Below the pieces are notes generated by a model, which saw only the letters and a program-made list of their open reading frames with translations, ran no database searches and had not been told where the DNA came from. Position numbers and translations under genes: made by a program. This document shows positions 29,242 through 38,426 of a stretch of 64,000 bases of DNA, piece after piece; the stretch's first letter is position 1; the number at the start of each line of letters is the position of its first letter. The stretch is from Armatimonadota bacterium (GTDB lineage: Bacteria > Armatimonadota > SYMT01), in assembly GCA_046292385.1 (NCBI GenBank), contig JBKBRF010000001.1, positions 269,608 to 333,607 of the forward strand. Direction: 5' to 3'.

Positions 29242-30071
29242 GAGGGCCACTTCTCCGTGAGCCCCTGGCGCTCGACCGCCTCGAAGAGGCCGGCGTAGCC
29301 CGTCATGATCTCCGGGGTCGACTCCAGCCAGCGCTTCAGCCCTTCCAGGTCCATCAGCTCCCGCCACTGGGGCTGGTCGTAGGTCATGCGGAGCAGCGTC
29401 TCCGTCCAGCGGCGGCCCAGCTCCTCCGGGAGCTCCTCCAGTACCGTGAAGTTGCAGTGACAGTAGCCGGGCGAGGTCCAGATCGCGCGGACCTGGCGCG
29501 GGTCGACGCGTCCCTCGGTCACCTGGCGGATCCAGGTGGTGTCTCCCATCGCGCCGGCGTCCGCCTCGCCGTCCCGGAGCGCGCGCAGCACCTCCAGCTC
29601 GCTGGTGCCGGTGTCGCCGTGCTTGCCGACGTCGAGGTTGAAGCGGAGCACGCGGCACTCCCGCTCCGCGTCGACCCCCGCCTCGCGCAGGAACTCGACC
29701 GGCAGGATGGCGGCCTGGCCGGAGTCGGCAGAGCCGAGCGCGAGCCGCTTCCCGCGGAGGTCGGCAAGCGACTCGATGCCGCTGTCGGTGCGGGCGACGA
29801 AGACGGTCTTGAACTCCGCGTCGACGTCCCGCATCGCCAGGGCGCGGCAGCGGTTCCCGGTGCGGCGGCAGACCTTGACCCACGCCAGGTTGGTGTTCCA
29901 GGCGATGTCGATCTGGCGGCTCAGGAGCGCCTCGACCTGGCGGTCGTAGTTGGAGTAGAGGACGTAGTCGATCGGAAGTCCGGCCTCGCGGAAGTAATCG
30001 CGCATGCCTTCCCAGATCGGAACGACGCGCTGGTCGTAAGCGACGGCGCCGATGAGCACGGGGCGGTCCAT
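29238..30071 (-). CDS. PhnD/SsuA-like substrate-binding-fold protein without signal peptide
   Basis: SNYDRQVEAL...DIAW, SLADLRGKRLALGSADSGQA..LP motifs; no hydrophobic N-terminus or lipobox. Confidence 0.8.
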   Translation of the reverse strand: MDRPVLIGAVAYDQRVVPIWEGMRDYFREAGLPIDYVLYSNYDRQVEALLSRQIDIAWNTNLAWVKVCRRTGNRCRALAMRDVDAEFKTVFVARTDSGIESLADLRGKRLALGSADSGQAAILPVEFLREAGVDAERECRVLRFNLDVGKHGDTGTSELEVLRALRDGEADAGAMGDTTWIRQVTEGRVDPRQVRAIWTSPGYCHCNFTVLEELPEELGRRWTETLLRMTYDQPQWRELMDLEGLKRWLESTPEIMTGYAGLFEAVERQGLTEKWPS

Positions 30072-30080
30072 TTCAGTTCC

Positions 30081-31217
30081 TCAGAACAGGGGCATCTCCA
30101 GGAGTGCCTTGCCGATGAAATCGTGGAGAACGTCGGTGGTCGGCGCCATCACCCAGCCGGCGCGGGCGTCGCGGAAGCTCCGCTCCACGCCGAGGTGGCG
30201 GCTGAAGGCGGCGCCGCCGCAGGTCCGCATCGCCAGGTCGGTCACCTGGAGCGCCGCTTCCGCCGCGGCGGCCTTGCTCTCCAGCACCGCCAGCAGCGTG
30301 TCCGGCGCGGGGTTCTCCATCCGCTCCGCCACGTGCCGCAGGAAGGCGCGGTGCACGTCGACCGAGATCTGCATCTGCGCCAGGCGCGCCCGGAGGTTCA
30401 TCAGCGAGGCGAGCGGCTGGTCCAGGTGTTCCAGCCGGGAGGTGCCCAGGTGGCGGCGGGTGGCGTCGGTCGCGGCCGCGGCGATCCCGAGCGAGACCGC
30501 CGCGCTGCAGAGCTGGAACCAGGGCAGGACCACGCTCAGCATCGCCCCGAATCCCTCGCCCTCGCCGCTCAAGCGGTAGGACGCGGGGACCCGCACCGAC
30601 TGGAGGCGCATCGGCGAGCTGGCGTTCCCGCGCAGCCCCATCCCGCTCCACGGACCGGCCACCTCCAGGCCCGGCGCCTCCCGGGAGACGTAGTAGAGGG
30701 TAGAGTGGGTCGGCTCCGTGCCGGTGGCGCTGCCGGTGGAGACGACGTAGCTGTCTGCCTGGCCCGCGCTGGTGACCCACGACTTCTCCGCGCTCAGGAG
30801 GTGGTCCTCGCCGTCCACCCCGGCGCGGCTCACCGGCGCCCAGAAGTGGCTGCGGGAGCCCTTCTCGCTGAAGGCGAGCGTACTCAGGTGGTCGCCGGCC
30901 GCGGCGGCGCGCAGCACGTCCTCCCGGAGGGGGAAGCCCTCCGCCTGCGCGATCACCTGCAGCGCGCAGACGTGCATCATAAAGATCATCGCGGTGGAGG
31001 CGCACTGCTCCGCCAGCGTGCCGACCACTGCCGCCACTTCTCCCGGCGCCGCGCCGAGACCGCCCAGCTCCTTCGGCACGACCAGCCCGAGCAGCCCCGC
31101 TTCGCCCAGTGCGCGGAGCGATTCCGACGGCCATCGCCCCTCGCGGTCGACCTCGTCCGCGTGCGTCGCCAGCACCTCGCGCGCGACCCGCTCCGCCGCC
31201 TCCATGCTCCCGGTCAT
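30081..31217 (-). CDS. Acyl-CoA dehydrogenase-fold flavoprotein (probably monooxygenase-type)
   Basis: VPKELGGLG, AFSE, KSWVT, GMGLRG, CGGAAF...ERSFRDARA motifs; VMAPT in place of IYEGT. Confidence 0.85.
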   Translation of the reverse strand: MTGSMEAAERVAREVLATHADEVDREGRWPSESLRALGEAGLLGLVVPKELGGLGAAPGEVAAVVGTLAEQCASTAMIFMMHVCALQVIAQAEGFPLREDVLRAAAAGDHLSTLAFSEKGSRSHFWAPVSRAGVDGEDHLLSAEKSWVTSAGQADSYVVSTGSATGTEPTHSTLYYVSREAPGLEVAGPWSGMGLRGNASSPMRLQSVRVPASYRLSGEGEGFGAMLSVVLPWFQLCSAAVSLGIAAAATDATRRHLGTSRLEHLDQPLASLMNLRARLAQMQISVDVHRAFLRHVAERMENPAPDTLLAVLESKAAAAEAALQVTDLAMRTCGGAAFSRHLGVERSFRDARAGWVMAPTTDVLHDFIGKALLEMPLF

Positions 31218-31292
31218 TGCCGTGCCCTCCCTCCCGGCGCGCGGTTGCCGGACTGACGATCATGAGTGTACCGGAGCGGCCGTGATGCGTCG

Positions 31293-31309
31293 CATAGGAT
31301 CATCCTATG
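31293..31309. promoter_or_regulatory. Perfect palindromic operator (LysR-type T-N11-A box)
   Basis: CATAGGAT-C-ATCCTATG, 75 nt upstream of the ACAD start; TACACT -10-like hexamer at 31270-31265 (minus). Confidence 0.6.
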
Positions 31310-31375
31310 TAAGCGGCGCGCGCGATAGGAAAGAGCCGCGACCTACTTCTTCGCAGCTTGGTGCTCCGCACCCTA

Positions 31376-31405
31376 TTGACAACCCTCCGCGGGACTCGCT
31401 AATAT
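31376..31405 (+). promoter_or_regulatory. Sigma70-type promoter of tRNA-Gln
   Basis: TTGACA-N18-TAATAT, 10 nt before the tRNA. Confidence 0.75.
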
Positions 31406-31415
31406 TCAGGCACGT

Positions 31416-31488
31416 TGCCGGATAGCTCAGTTGGCAGAGCGACTGACTCTGGATCAGTAGGTCCTAGGTTCGAGCCCTAGTCCGGCAG
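31416..31488 (+). tRNA. tRNA-Gln (anticodon CUG), CCA not encoded
   Basis: TGCCGGA/TCCGGCA acceptor stem (U1-A72), D arm GCTCAGTTGGCAGAGC, anticodon arm ACTGA-CTCTGGA-TCAGT, GGTTCGAG T loop. Confidence 0.96.
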
Positions 31489-31513
31489 TCCAAACGAAGA
31501 TCGGCCCGCATCC

Positions 31514-31557
31514 ATCGAGGCGGGGAGCGCCGCACCGGTACTGCTCCCCGCCTCGAT
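31514..31557 (+). terminator. Strong hairpin between tRNA-Gln and glnS
   Basis: ATCGAGGCGGGGAGC / GCTCCCCGCCTCGAT 15-bp stem; weak U tract. Confidence 0.5.
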
Positions 31558-31672
31558 TGCGTACGGGCCGCGCCAGGGACCGATACGGCCTGCGGCGGAC
31601 GTTATACTACAGTCGGTGCCTGCCTCCCTTTGGGCAGGCGACGCGGCGCGAGCGTGGAGCAGGGAGAGGACA

Positions 31673-33394
31673 GTGGGCGAGGCACACGAGACCAACACAG
31701 TGGCCGCGACTCCGGGGACACCGGGGGGCCGCCAGACCGACTACCTCCGTGAGGCTATCAAGGAAGACCTCCGGACCGGGCGGTTCGACCGCGTGCACAC
31801 CCGCTTCCCGCCGGAGCCGAACGCGTACCTCCACATCGGCCACGCCAAGGCGGTCTGGATCGACTATGGCATCGCGCTGGAGTTCAACGGCCTCTTCAAC
31901 CTCCGCTTCGACGACACCAACCCACTGCGGGAAGAGCAGGAGTTCGTCGACGGGATCATCGAGGACGTTCGCTGGCTGGGTGCCGACTGGGGCGACCGGC
32001 TCTTCTTCGCGTCGGACTACTTCGAGCAGATGTACGCGTGGGCCTGCGACCTGATCCGCAAGGGCAAGGCGTATGTCTGCGATCTCTCCGCGGAGGAGCT
32101 GAGCGCCACCCGCGGCACGCTCACCACGCCCGGAGAGGAGAGCCCGTACCGCAACCGCAGCGTGGAGGAGAGCCTCGACCTCTTCGCCCGGATGCGCGCC
32201 GGGGAGTTCCCGGACGGCTCCCGCACGCTGCGGGCGAAGATCGATATGGCCTCGCCGAACATGGTGATGCGCGACCCGGTGATGTACCGGATCATGCACG
32301 CGCACCATCACCGCCAGGGCGACAAGTGGTGCATCTATCCGACCTACGACTGGGCCCACGGCCTGGAAGACTCGATCGAGGGCGTCACCCACTCGCTCTG
32401 CTCGCAGGAGTACGAGATCCACCGCCCGCTCTACGACTGGTTCCTGGACGAGCTCGGCATCTACCATCCCCGCCAGATCGAGTTCGCGCGCCTCAACCTG
32501 ACTCACACGGTGATGAGCAAGCGCCGCTTCATCGAGCTGGTGAACGGCGGCCACGTGAACGGCTACGACGATCCGCGGCTCCCCACGCTGGCGGGGCTGC
32601 GGCGGCGCGGCTACACGCCGGAGGCAATCAGGGAGTTCTGCCGCAAGATCGGGGTCTCCAAGACCGACAGCCGGGTCGAGGTGGCCTACCTGGAGGACAC
32701 CCTCCGCGAAGACCTGAACCGCCGCTCTCCGCGCGTGATGGCGGTGCAGGACCCGCTCAAGGTGGTGCTGGTCAACTACCCGGAAGGCGAGACCGAAGAG
32801 CTGGACGTGATCAACAACCCGGAAGACCCGGAGGCGGGGACGCGGAAGGTGCCGTTCGCGCGGGAGCTCTACATCGAGCGGGACGACTTCCGCGAAGACC
32901 CGCCGCCGAAGTTCTTCCGCCTGGCGCCCGACCGCGAGGTGCGGCTGCGGAACGGCTACCTGATCACCTGCGTGGATGTGGTGAAGGACGAGAGCGGTAC
33001 CGTGACCGAGCTGCGCTGCACCTACGACCCGGAGACCCGCGGCGGCGACGCCCCGGACGGCCGCCGGGTGAAGGCGACGCTGCACTGGGTCGCCGCGCCG
33101 ACCGCCGTCCCCGCCGAGATCCGGCTCTACGACCACCTCTTCGTGAATCCGGACCCGGATGACGTGGCCCCGGGCGAGACCTACCTCTCCAACCTGAACC
33201 CGGACTCCATGAAAGTAGTCCAGGGCTTCGTCGAGCCGAGCGTCGCCGACGCCGCCCCCGGCACGCGCTACCAGTTCGAGCGGCTGGGATACTTCTGCGT
33301 CGACCCGGATTCGGCCCCCGGGCGGCCGGTCTTCAACCGCACCGTCACCCTGCGCGACACCTGGGCGAAGATCGAGAAGCGGGGAGGGAAGTAG
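31673..33394 (+). CDS. glnS: Glutamine--tRNA ligase
   Basis: [36 protein letters not shown] motifs; GTG start after GGAGAGGA; no YqeY tail. Confidence 0.95.
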   Translation: MGEAHETNTVAATPGTPGGRQTDYLREAIKEDLRTGRFDRVHTRFPPEPNAYLHIGHAKAVWIDYGIALEFNGLFNLRFDDTNPLREEQEFVDGIIEDVRWLGADWGDRLFFASDYFEQMYAWACDLIRKGKAYVCDLSAEELSATRGTLTTPGEESPYRNRSVEESLDLFARMRAGEFPDGSRTLRAKIDMASPNMVMRDPVMYRIMHAHHHRQGDKWCIYPTYDWAHGLEDSIEGVTHSLCSQEYEIHRPLYDWFLDELGIYHPRQIEFARLNLTHTVMSKRRFIELVNGGHVNGYDDPRLPTLAGLRRRGYTPEAIREFCRKIGVSKTDSRVEVAYLEDTLREDLNRRSPRVMAVQDPLKVVLVNYPEGETEELDVINNPEDPEAGTRKVPFARELYIERDDFREDPPPKFFRLAPDREVRLRNGYLITCVDVVKDESGTVTELRCTYDPETRGGDAPDGRRVKATLHWVAAPTAVPAEIRLYDHLFVNPDPDDVAPGETYLSNLNPDSMKVVQGFVEPSVADAAPGTRYQFERLGYFCVDPDSAPGRPVFNRTVTLRDTWAKIEKRGGK

Positions 33395-33426
33395 CCTCGA
33401 TTCAGTAGTTTCACGCGGGACTCGCA

Positions 33427-33527
33427 GCGGGCTGTAAACGACCCGCCTGATGCAGTCGCGGAAGGACGCTGAAGCGCCCTGTACTTACGAGTAAGCGCGC
33501 GAGAGTTCAGGGCGCTTCAGCGTCCTT
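33427..33527. repeat. REP/MITE-like inverted repeat
   Basis: Perfect 20-bp arms AAGGACGCTGAAGCGCCCTG (33462-33481) / CAGGGCGCTTCAGCGTCCTT (33508-33527), preceded by a GCGGG..CCCGC hairpin. Confidence 0.7.
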
Positions 33528-33674
33528 TGAGAAGAGACAGGGTGCTCCTTCAGGGGCACCCGTCCGTAACGCGCTCGCGTCACGCAAGAATTGCCCTCGC
33601 TCCGAAGGGACACCAGCGACCGGGTGCCAATAATCCTACTGGCCGCCGCTGTCTCGCCGCCCATTTCGCTCGCT

Positions 33675-34505
33675 ATGCTCTCTCCCCACGCGCACCACGC
33701 CCTCCGCCGACTTCGGCGCCCGCTCTTGACCACCGCCCTGGCGTTGGTCGCGATCGGCGCTTCCGCGACGCCGCCGGAGCTTCCGGCGGACCGGAACATG
33801 TGGCGCTACGCGGTGATCCACCACTCCGCCAGCCCGAGCGGAAACGCCGCCTCATTCGACCGCATGCATCGCGGCAAGGGCTGGGACGGCCTGGCCTACC
33901 ATTTCGTCATTACGAACGGCAAGGGCGGGGTGGATGGCGGGCTGGAAGTGGGGCGCCGCTGGTGGGAGCAGAAGCACGGCGCTCACGCGGGCGCGCTGGC
34001 GGGTGGCGAAGGGGAAGCCCGGAACGACTTCAACGAGTTCGGGATCGGCATCTGCCTCGTCGGCAACTTCGAGAAGTCGACGCCGACGCAGGCGCAGATG
34101 AAGACGCTCGCCAAGCTCCTGACCCGGCTCCGTGAGGAGTACGGCATCGAGGAGCGGGATATCCTCGGACACCGCCACGTGAAGAGCACCGCCTGCCCCG
34201 GGAAGCAGTTCCCCTGGAAGACGCTCTTCTCCATGTCCGGGATGGGGCAGCCGCACCACCTCTACAAGCGGTCGCAGATCGCCACGCGGGAGCGCTGCCC
34301 CTGGTGCTGGACCGGCGGCGCGGTGGCGAAAGCGCCGCACCCGTTCGCGCCGCAGACTGCCTCCGTGGCCGCGCCGGCTGCCGCTGCGGAGGCCCCGGCC
34401 GATCTGCCCGGCACGCCCGCCGCCGAGGAGCCGAGCGTGGTCCCGGCGGCACCGACCATGGCCTCACCCGGCCCCGCGAGCCGCCCCGAGGGCAACGGCG
34501 GCTAG
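33675..34505 (+). CDS. N-acetylmuramoyl-L-alanine amidase (Amidase_2/PGRP type)
   Basis: VIHHSAS, GLAYHFVI, GAHAG, IGICLVGNF, GHRHV..TACPG; signal peptide; Pro/Ala tail. Confidence 0.9.
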   Translation: MLSPHAHHALRRLRRPLLTTALALVAIGASATPPELPADRNMWRYAVIHHSASPSGNAASFDRMHRGKGWDGLAYHFVITNGKGGVDGGLEVGRRWWEQKHGAHAGALAGGEGEARNDFNEFGIGICLVGNFEKSTPTQAQMKTLAKLLTRLREEYGIEERDILGHRHVKSTACPGKQFPWKTLFSMSGMGQPHHLYKRSQIATRERCPWCWTGGAVAKAPHPFAPQTASVAAPAAAAEAPADLPGTPAAEEPSVVPAAPTMASPGPASRPEGNGG

Positions 34506-36038
34506 CTACGGCTTCCCCGGCTGCGGGAGCTTGAGGCGCGAGTCGCCCAGGTCCAGCCGGTACATCACCTGGTTGTAGTCGTACCGCGGCGTCTGGTCCG
34601 GGTTGCCGGAGAAGGCGTGGGTGTAGGTCCCCTCGAAGTAGATCCGCCGCCCGTCGTCTTTGTCGAACTCCGGGTGGTGGACCGGGTTGTAGAAGCTGTA
34701 GCGCTCGTGGGTCACGATCTTCCGCGGGTGGAGCCACGGCCCCTGCGCGTCGTCCGCTTCGGCGTACCAGACCTCGCCGAGCATCGAAGTGCCGCCGATC
34801 TCGGTGGCGATCATGATCCAGCGGTTCCGGTAGGGGTTCCAGTGGACCGTTCCCCGGTGGATCACCACCGGTTTGCCGGAGTCGGGGTCCTGGAGCACGA
34901 ACCGGCGCTCCTCTCGCTTCAGGTGTCCCTCCTGGATCAGCTTGGCTTCCGCTTCCGAGCCGACCGCGGGAGTATTCCGCTTCCATGCGTAGCGGACCTT
35001 GCCGGCGGCATCCCGGTCGATCTCCGGCTTCTCCAGGCGGCTGTCCTGGCGCAGCGGCGTGAACGCTTCGTACTGGGACAGGTCCCGCAGCGCCGCGGCG
35101 TTGGCGCGGACGCGCACCAGCGGAAACGGATCGCCGAAGTAGACATACTCCACGCCGTCTACCGTCCGCTTGACCGGATGGCCGAACGGAATGATTGGCG
35201 CGTCCATCGGGAACTTGCCGAGGCCGACGAACTGGCCCTTCTCGTCGTCGTAGCGGCAGAGGCCTCGCTCGTACTCTTCCAGCGGCGGCTTGATCTTGCT
35301 GTAGCCGGCGAAGAGCCGCTCGCGCCCGCCTTCCGGCAGCACGACCAGCGCTCCGAGCCAGGTCAGCCCCTCGCCGGGAAGCGGCGCCATCTCCCGGGTG
35401 AAGCCGCTCTCGTTCTGGAAGTACTCCAGGTTCACGCCGCGGTCCGGGTCCAGCCCGCCGTCTTTCGGCAGCGCGGTGGTGGCGCCGGTCATGTGGAAGT
35501 TGCCGAGCGGGTAAGAGAGCTGGCTCGTGTCGCCCCACATCCAGAACATGCGGCCCTGGTAGATCGCGTTCTGCACGCTGTCCTGGCCCACCACCTGCGC
35601 GTTCAGCAGCGGCTCGCGGATGGGGGTTTCCCGGCCGACCAGCACGCTGTCGCGGTAGATCCCCTCGCCGGTGACACGGTAGAGCCGGTGCGCCAGGTTC
35701 TTGCGCCGGATCTTGACCGTGGCGGTCTTGCCCGGCTCTACCTTCAGCCGCACGCCGCGGATGCCGAAGCCGTCCGGCGGCAGCTCGTAGCCGTGGCTGG
35801 TGACGGAGAAAAAGGTCAGGCGGCCGTCGTAGCCGGGCTCCGTGATCGCGGCGAGGCCGTGGCTGTCGGTGACGTACCGCACCGCGTGGACCGTCTTCAG
35901 CTCCACGAGCGGGACACCGCGGCCGGTCTCCTCGTCGACGACCTCGATCGCGAACGGTCGTACCGGCTGGGCGGCGGCGCCGAGAGAGAAGCAGGTGAGG
36001 AGCAGGAGTGCGGAGGGGAGAAGAGCTCGGAGCCTCAT
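34506..36038 (-). CDS. Secreted hypothetical protein (possible beta-propeller, DUF4185-like)
   Basis: Signal peptide; WMWGDT, EVWYAEA..GPW, YNPVHHPEF motifs. Confidence 0.75.
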   Translation of the reverse strand: MRLRALLPSALLLLTCFSLGAAAQPVRPFAIEVVDEETGRGVPLVELKTVHAVRYVTDSHGLAAITEPGYDGRLTFFSVTSHGYELPPDGFGIRGVRLKVEPGKTATVKIRRKNLAHRLYRVTGEGIYRDSVLVGRETPIREPLLNAQVVGQDSVQNAIYQGRMFWMWGDTSQLSYPLGNFHMTGATTALPKDGGLDPDRGVNLEYFQNESGFTREMAPLPGEGLTWLGALVVLPEGGRERLFAGYSKIKPPLEEYERGLCRYDDEKGQFVGLGKFPMDAPIIPFGHPVKRTVDGVEYVYFGDPFPLVRVRANAAALRDLSQYEAFTPLRQDSRLEKPEIDRDAAGKVRYAWKRNTPAVGSEAEAKLIQEGHLKREERRFVLQDPDSGKPVVIHRGTVHWNPYRNRWIMIATEIGGTSMLGEVWYAEADDAQGPWLHPRKIVTHERYSFYNPVHHPEFDKDDGRRIYFEGTYTHAFSGNPDQTPRYDYNQVMYRLDLGDSRLKLPQPGKP

Positions 36039-36060
36039 CAGAATTCCTTTGCGGAGCGGT

Positions 36061-37434
36061 TCAGCACGGGCGGCGGTGGGCGGTCATGCGGACCCCATGC
36101 TTGGGACGGAGCGTGATGACCGGCTGCGGGACGATCGGGTGACCCTTCACCAGCCGGAGCTCCCAGCTGGCGGCGAGCGTGGCGAGGACCAGGATACCCT
36201 CCATCCAGGCGAACTGCTCGCCGATGCAGAGGCGCGAGCCGCCGCCGAACGGATAGTAGCTGAACTTCGGCCGCTCCGCAGAGCGCTCCGGCGACCAGCG
36301 CTGCGGGTCGAACCGGAACGGGTCCGGGTAGAAGCGGGGGTCGTGGTGCGTCACCCACTGGCTCATCAGCACCAGCGCCCCGGCCGGGAGGGTGAAGGCG
36401 CCGAGCGGACACTCCTCCACCGCCTGCCTCGCGATGATCCACGCCGGCGGGAAGCAGCGCATCGACTCGGCGAAGACCATCCGGGTGTAAGGGAGGCGCG
36501 GCACGTCCTCGACGGTCGGAAGCCGTCCGCCGAGCACGGAGTCGACCTCCGCCTGCAGCGCCCGCAGCGCCTCCGGATTCTCGGAGAGGAGATACCAGGT
36601 CCACGCCAGCGCGTTGGCGGTCGTCTCGTGCCCGGCCAGGAGCAGCGTCATCGCCTCGTCGCGGAGCTGAAGGTCGGTCATCTTGCCGCCGTCGCCCTCC
36701 GGATCGGTGGCGAGCAGCAGCATCGAGAGCAGGTCGCCGCGGTCCTCGCCGGACGCTCGCCGCTCCGCGATCATGCGGTAGACGGTGGCGTCGAGCCGTT
36801 CCCGCGCGGTGTTGAACCGGCGCGTCAGGAACGGGAGATACGGCTCTAACCGGCGCGCGAACGGGAGCGTGGCGAAGCGGTAGAGGTGGAGCGACTCCGA
36901 GAGCGCGTCGGAGATGACGCCGATCTCGTCGGCCACGTCGGAGTCGAAGAGCGTCTTCGCGGCGATGCGGATGGTGAGGCCGCGCATCTCCTCCGCCGCG
37001 TCGAGCTCCGCGCCGTCCGACCAGCGCCGCTGCCACTCCGCGGAGTAACCGGACATCACCGCGGCGTAGGCCGCCACTCGCTGCCGGTGGAACGCCGGCT
37101 GCGCCAGGCGCCGCTGCCGCCGGTGGAACGCGCCTTCGCTGGTGAGCAGCCCCTCGCCGAGGAGCCGCTGGGCGACGCGCAGCCCGGGGCCCTTCTGGAA
37201 GCGGCGGTCGTGGTTCACCAGCACCGCCTGGATTAGCTCCGGATCGTTCAGCAGGTAGGCCGGCTGCGGGCCGAGGCGCAGCTCTACCACGTCGCCGTGT
37301 TCTTGCGCCAGCCGGCGCAGGAAGCGCAGCGGATCGACGCGCAGCGGGATCAGTCCGCCGAGAGGCAGCCAGGTGCGGTGCCGCCGCGGGACTGCGCCCG
37401 CGCCCGGGGCGCCGGCTCGTCCGGTCGCCTGCAC
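36061..37434 (-). CDS. Cytochrome P450
   Basis: AGHETT, ESMR (ExxR), PFGGGSRLCIG heme motif. Confidence 0.95.
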   Translation of the reverse strand: MQATGRAGAPGAGAVPRRHRTWLPLGGLIPLRVDPLRFLRRLAQEHGDVVELRLGPQPAYLLNDPELIQAVLVNHDRRFQKGPGLRVAQRLLGEGLLTSEGAFHRRQRRLAQPAFHRQRVAAYAAVMSGYSAEWQRRWSDGAELDAAEEMRGLTIRIAAKTLFDSDVADEIGVISDALSESLHLYRFATLPFARRLEPYLPFLTRRFNTARERLDATVYRMIAERRASGEDRGDLLSMLLLATDPEGDGGKMTDLQLRDEAMTLLLAGHETTANALAWTWYLLSENPEALRALQAEVDSVLGGRLPTVEDVPRLPYTRMVFAESMRCFPPAWIIARQAVEECPLGAFTLPAGALVLMSQWVTHHDPRFYPDPFRFDPQRWSPERSAERPKFSYYPFGGGSRLCIGEQFAWMEGILVLATLAASWELRLVKGHPIVPQPVITLRPKHGVRMTAHRRPC

Positions 37435-37435
37435 C

Positions 37436-38218
37436 TCACGCGCCTCCCGCGCCGGCCGGCTGCGGCCGGTCCCAGCCGAGGACCCGCTCCACCTCCCGCA
37501 GCCACACCCGGTAGCCGGCGTCGTTGAGGTGGAGCCCGTCCGGCGTGTACTCCGCCTTCAGCTCGCCGCCGTCGTCCACGAAGAGGCGGTGGAGGTCGAG
37601 GTAGGGATAGCCGGCTTCCCGCGCCAGGCGCTCCAGACGGCGGTTGAACTCCCGCACCGGCTCGTTCCGGGCTGCGAAGTCGCCCCGGGTCGGCAGGACG
37701 GACTGCACGTAGACGCGCAGCTGCGGGGAATGCTCCTTGACCCGGCGGAGCAGCTCCCGGTAGCCGGTCTCCATCCCGTCGACGGTGTGGCCGCCGTTCA
37801 GGTCGTTAATGCCGATCATCAGGAAGACGTGCGAGGGGGCGCAGTCGAAGATCGACTCGTCGAGTCGCTTCAGCACCCCGCGCGGATCGTCCGGGGCCAG
37901 TTGATTCCCGATCACGTCGCCGCCGATGCCGCGGTTCAGCACCCGGCGCCCGGGGAAGTAGCGCGGGACCTCGAACCCCTCGGTGATGCTGTCGCCGAGC
38001 AGCACCACGTTCCGGAAGACCTGGTTCTGGTCCCGGAAGGCGCGGACGCGGTTCTCGTAGTGGAAGCGGAGCAGGGCGCCGAGATCGACCGGCGCCGGCT
38101 TCTTCTCCTCCTTCGCGGGCTCCGCCTTCGTCTCCGGGCCGGCGGGCGCCGGGGAGGCGGGCTGGCCGCTGCCGGTCCCGATCAGGACGGAGAAGACGAG
38201 CAGGAGGGGGAGCTTCAT
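37436..38218 (-). CDS. Secreted SGNH/GDSL hydrolase
   Basis: GDSIT, NRGIGGD, GIND, DGLH blocks; signal peptide. Confidence 0.92.
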   Translation of the reverse strand: MKLPLLLVFSVLIGTGSGQPASPAPAGPETKAEPAKEEKKPAPVDLGALLRFHYENRVRAFRDQNQVFRNVVLLGDSITEGFEVPRYFPGRRVLNRGIGGDVIGNQLAPDDPRGVLKRLDESIFDCAPSHVFLMIGINDLNGGHTVDGMETGYRELLRRVKEHSPQLRVYVQSVLPTRGDFAARNEPVREFNRRLERLAREAGYPYLDLHRLFVDDGGELKAEYTPDGLHLNDAGYRVWLREVERVLGWDRPQPAGAGGA

Positions 38219-38426
38219 CGGGGGAGCCTCGCGTCTGGCGGCGCGTGCCTCTGGCACTTGCCGGCGGATACACCGGAAGTCTCCTCCACCCGGCAGGCAG
38301 AGGAGTAGGTCCGATGTCCCAGCTTAGTCAGCAAGTAGTCCCAAATGCGCCCCGTTACGGTCCATACGCGGGCGAGGGTCGAGCCCCGCGCTGGGGTCCC
38401 GACCCTCGCAGCGGGGCGGAGCGACG

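Noticed and set aside
29238..30071. Phosphonate ABC transporter
   Set aside because: No export signal and no phnC/phnE nearby
31416..31560. tRNA as an integration site for a genomic island
   Set aside because: No integrase and no duplicated tRNA 3' end seen in the window
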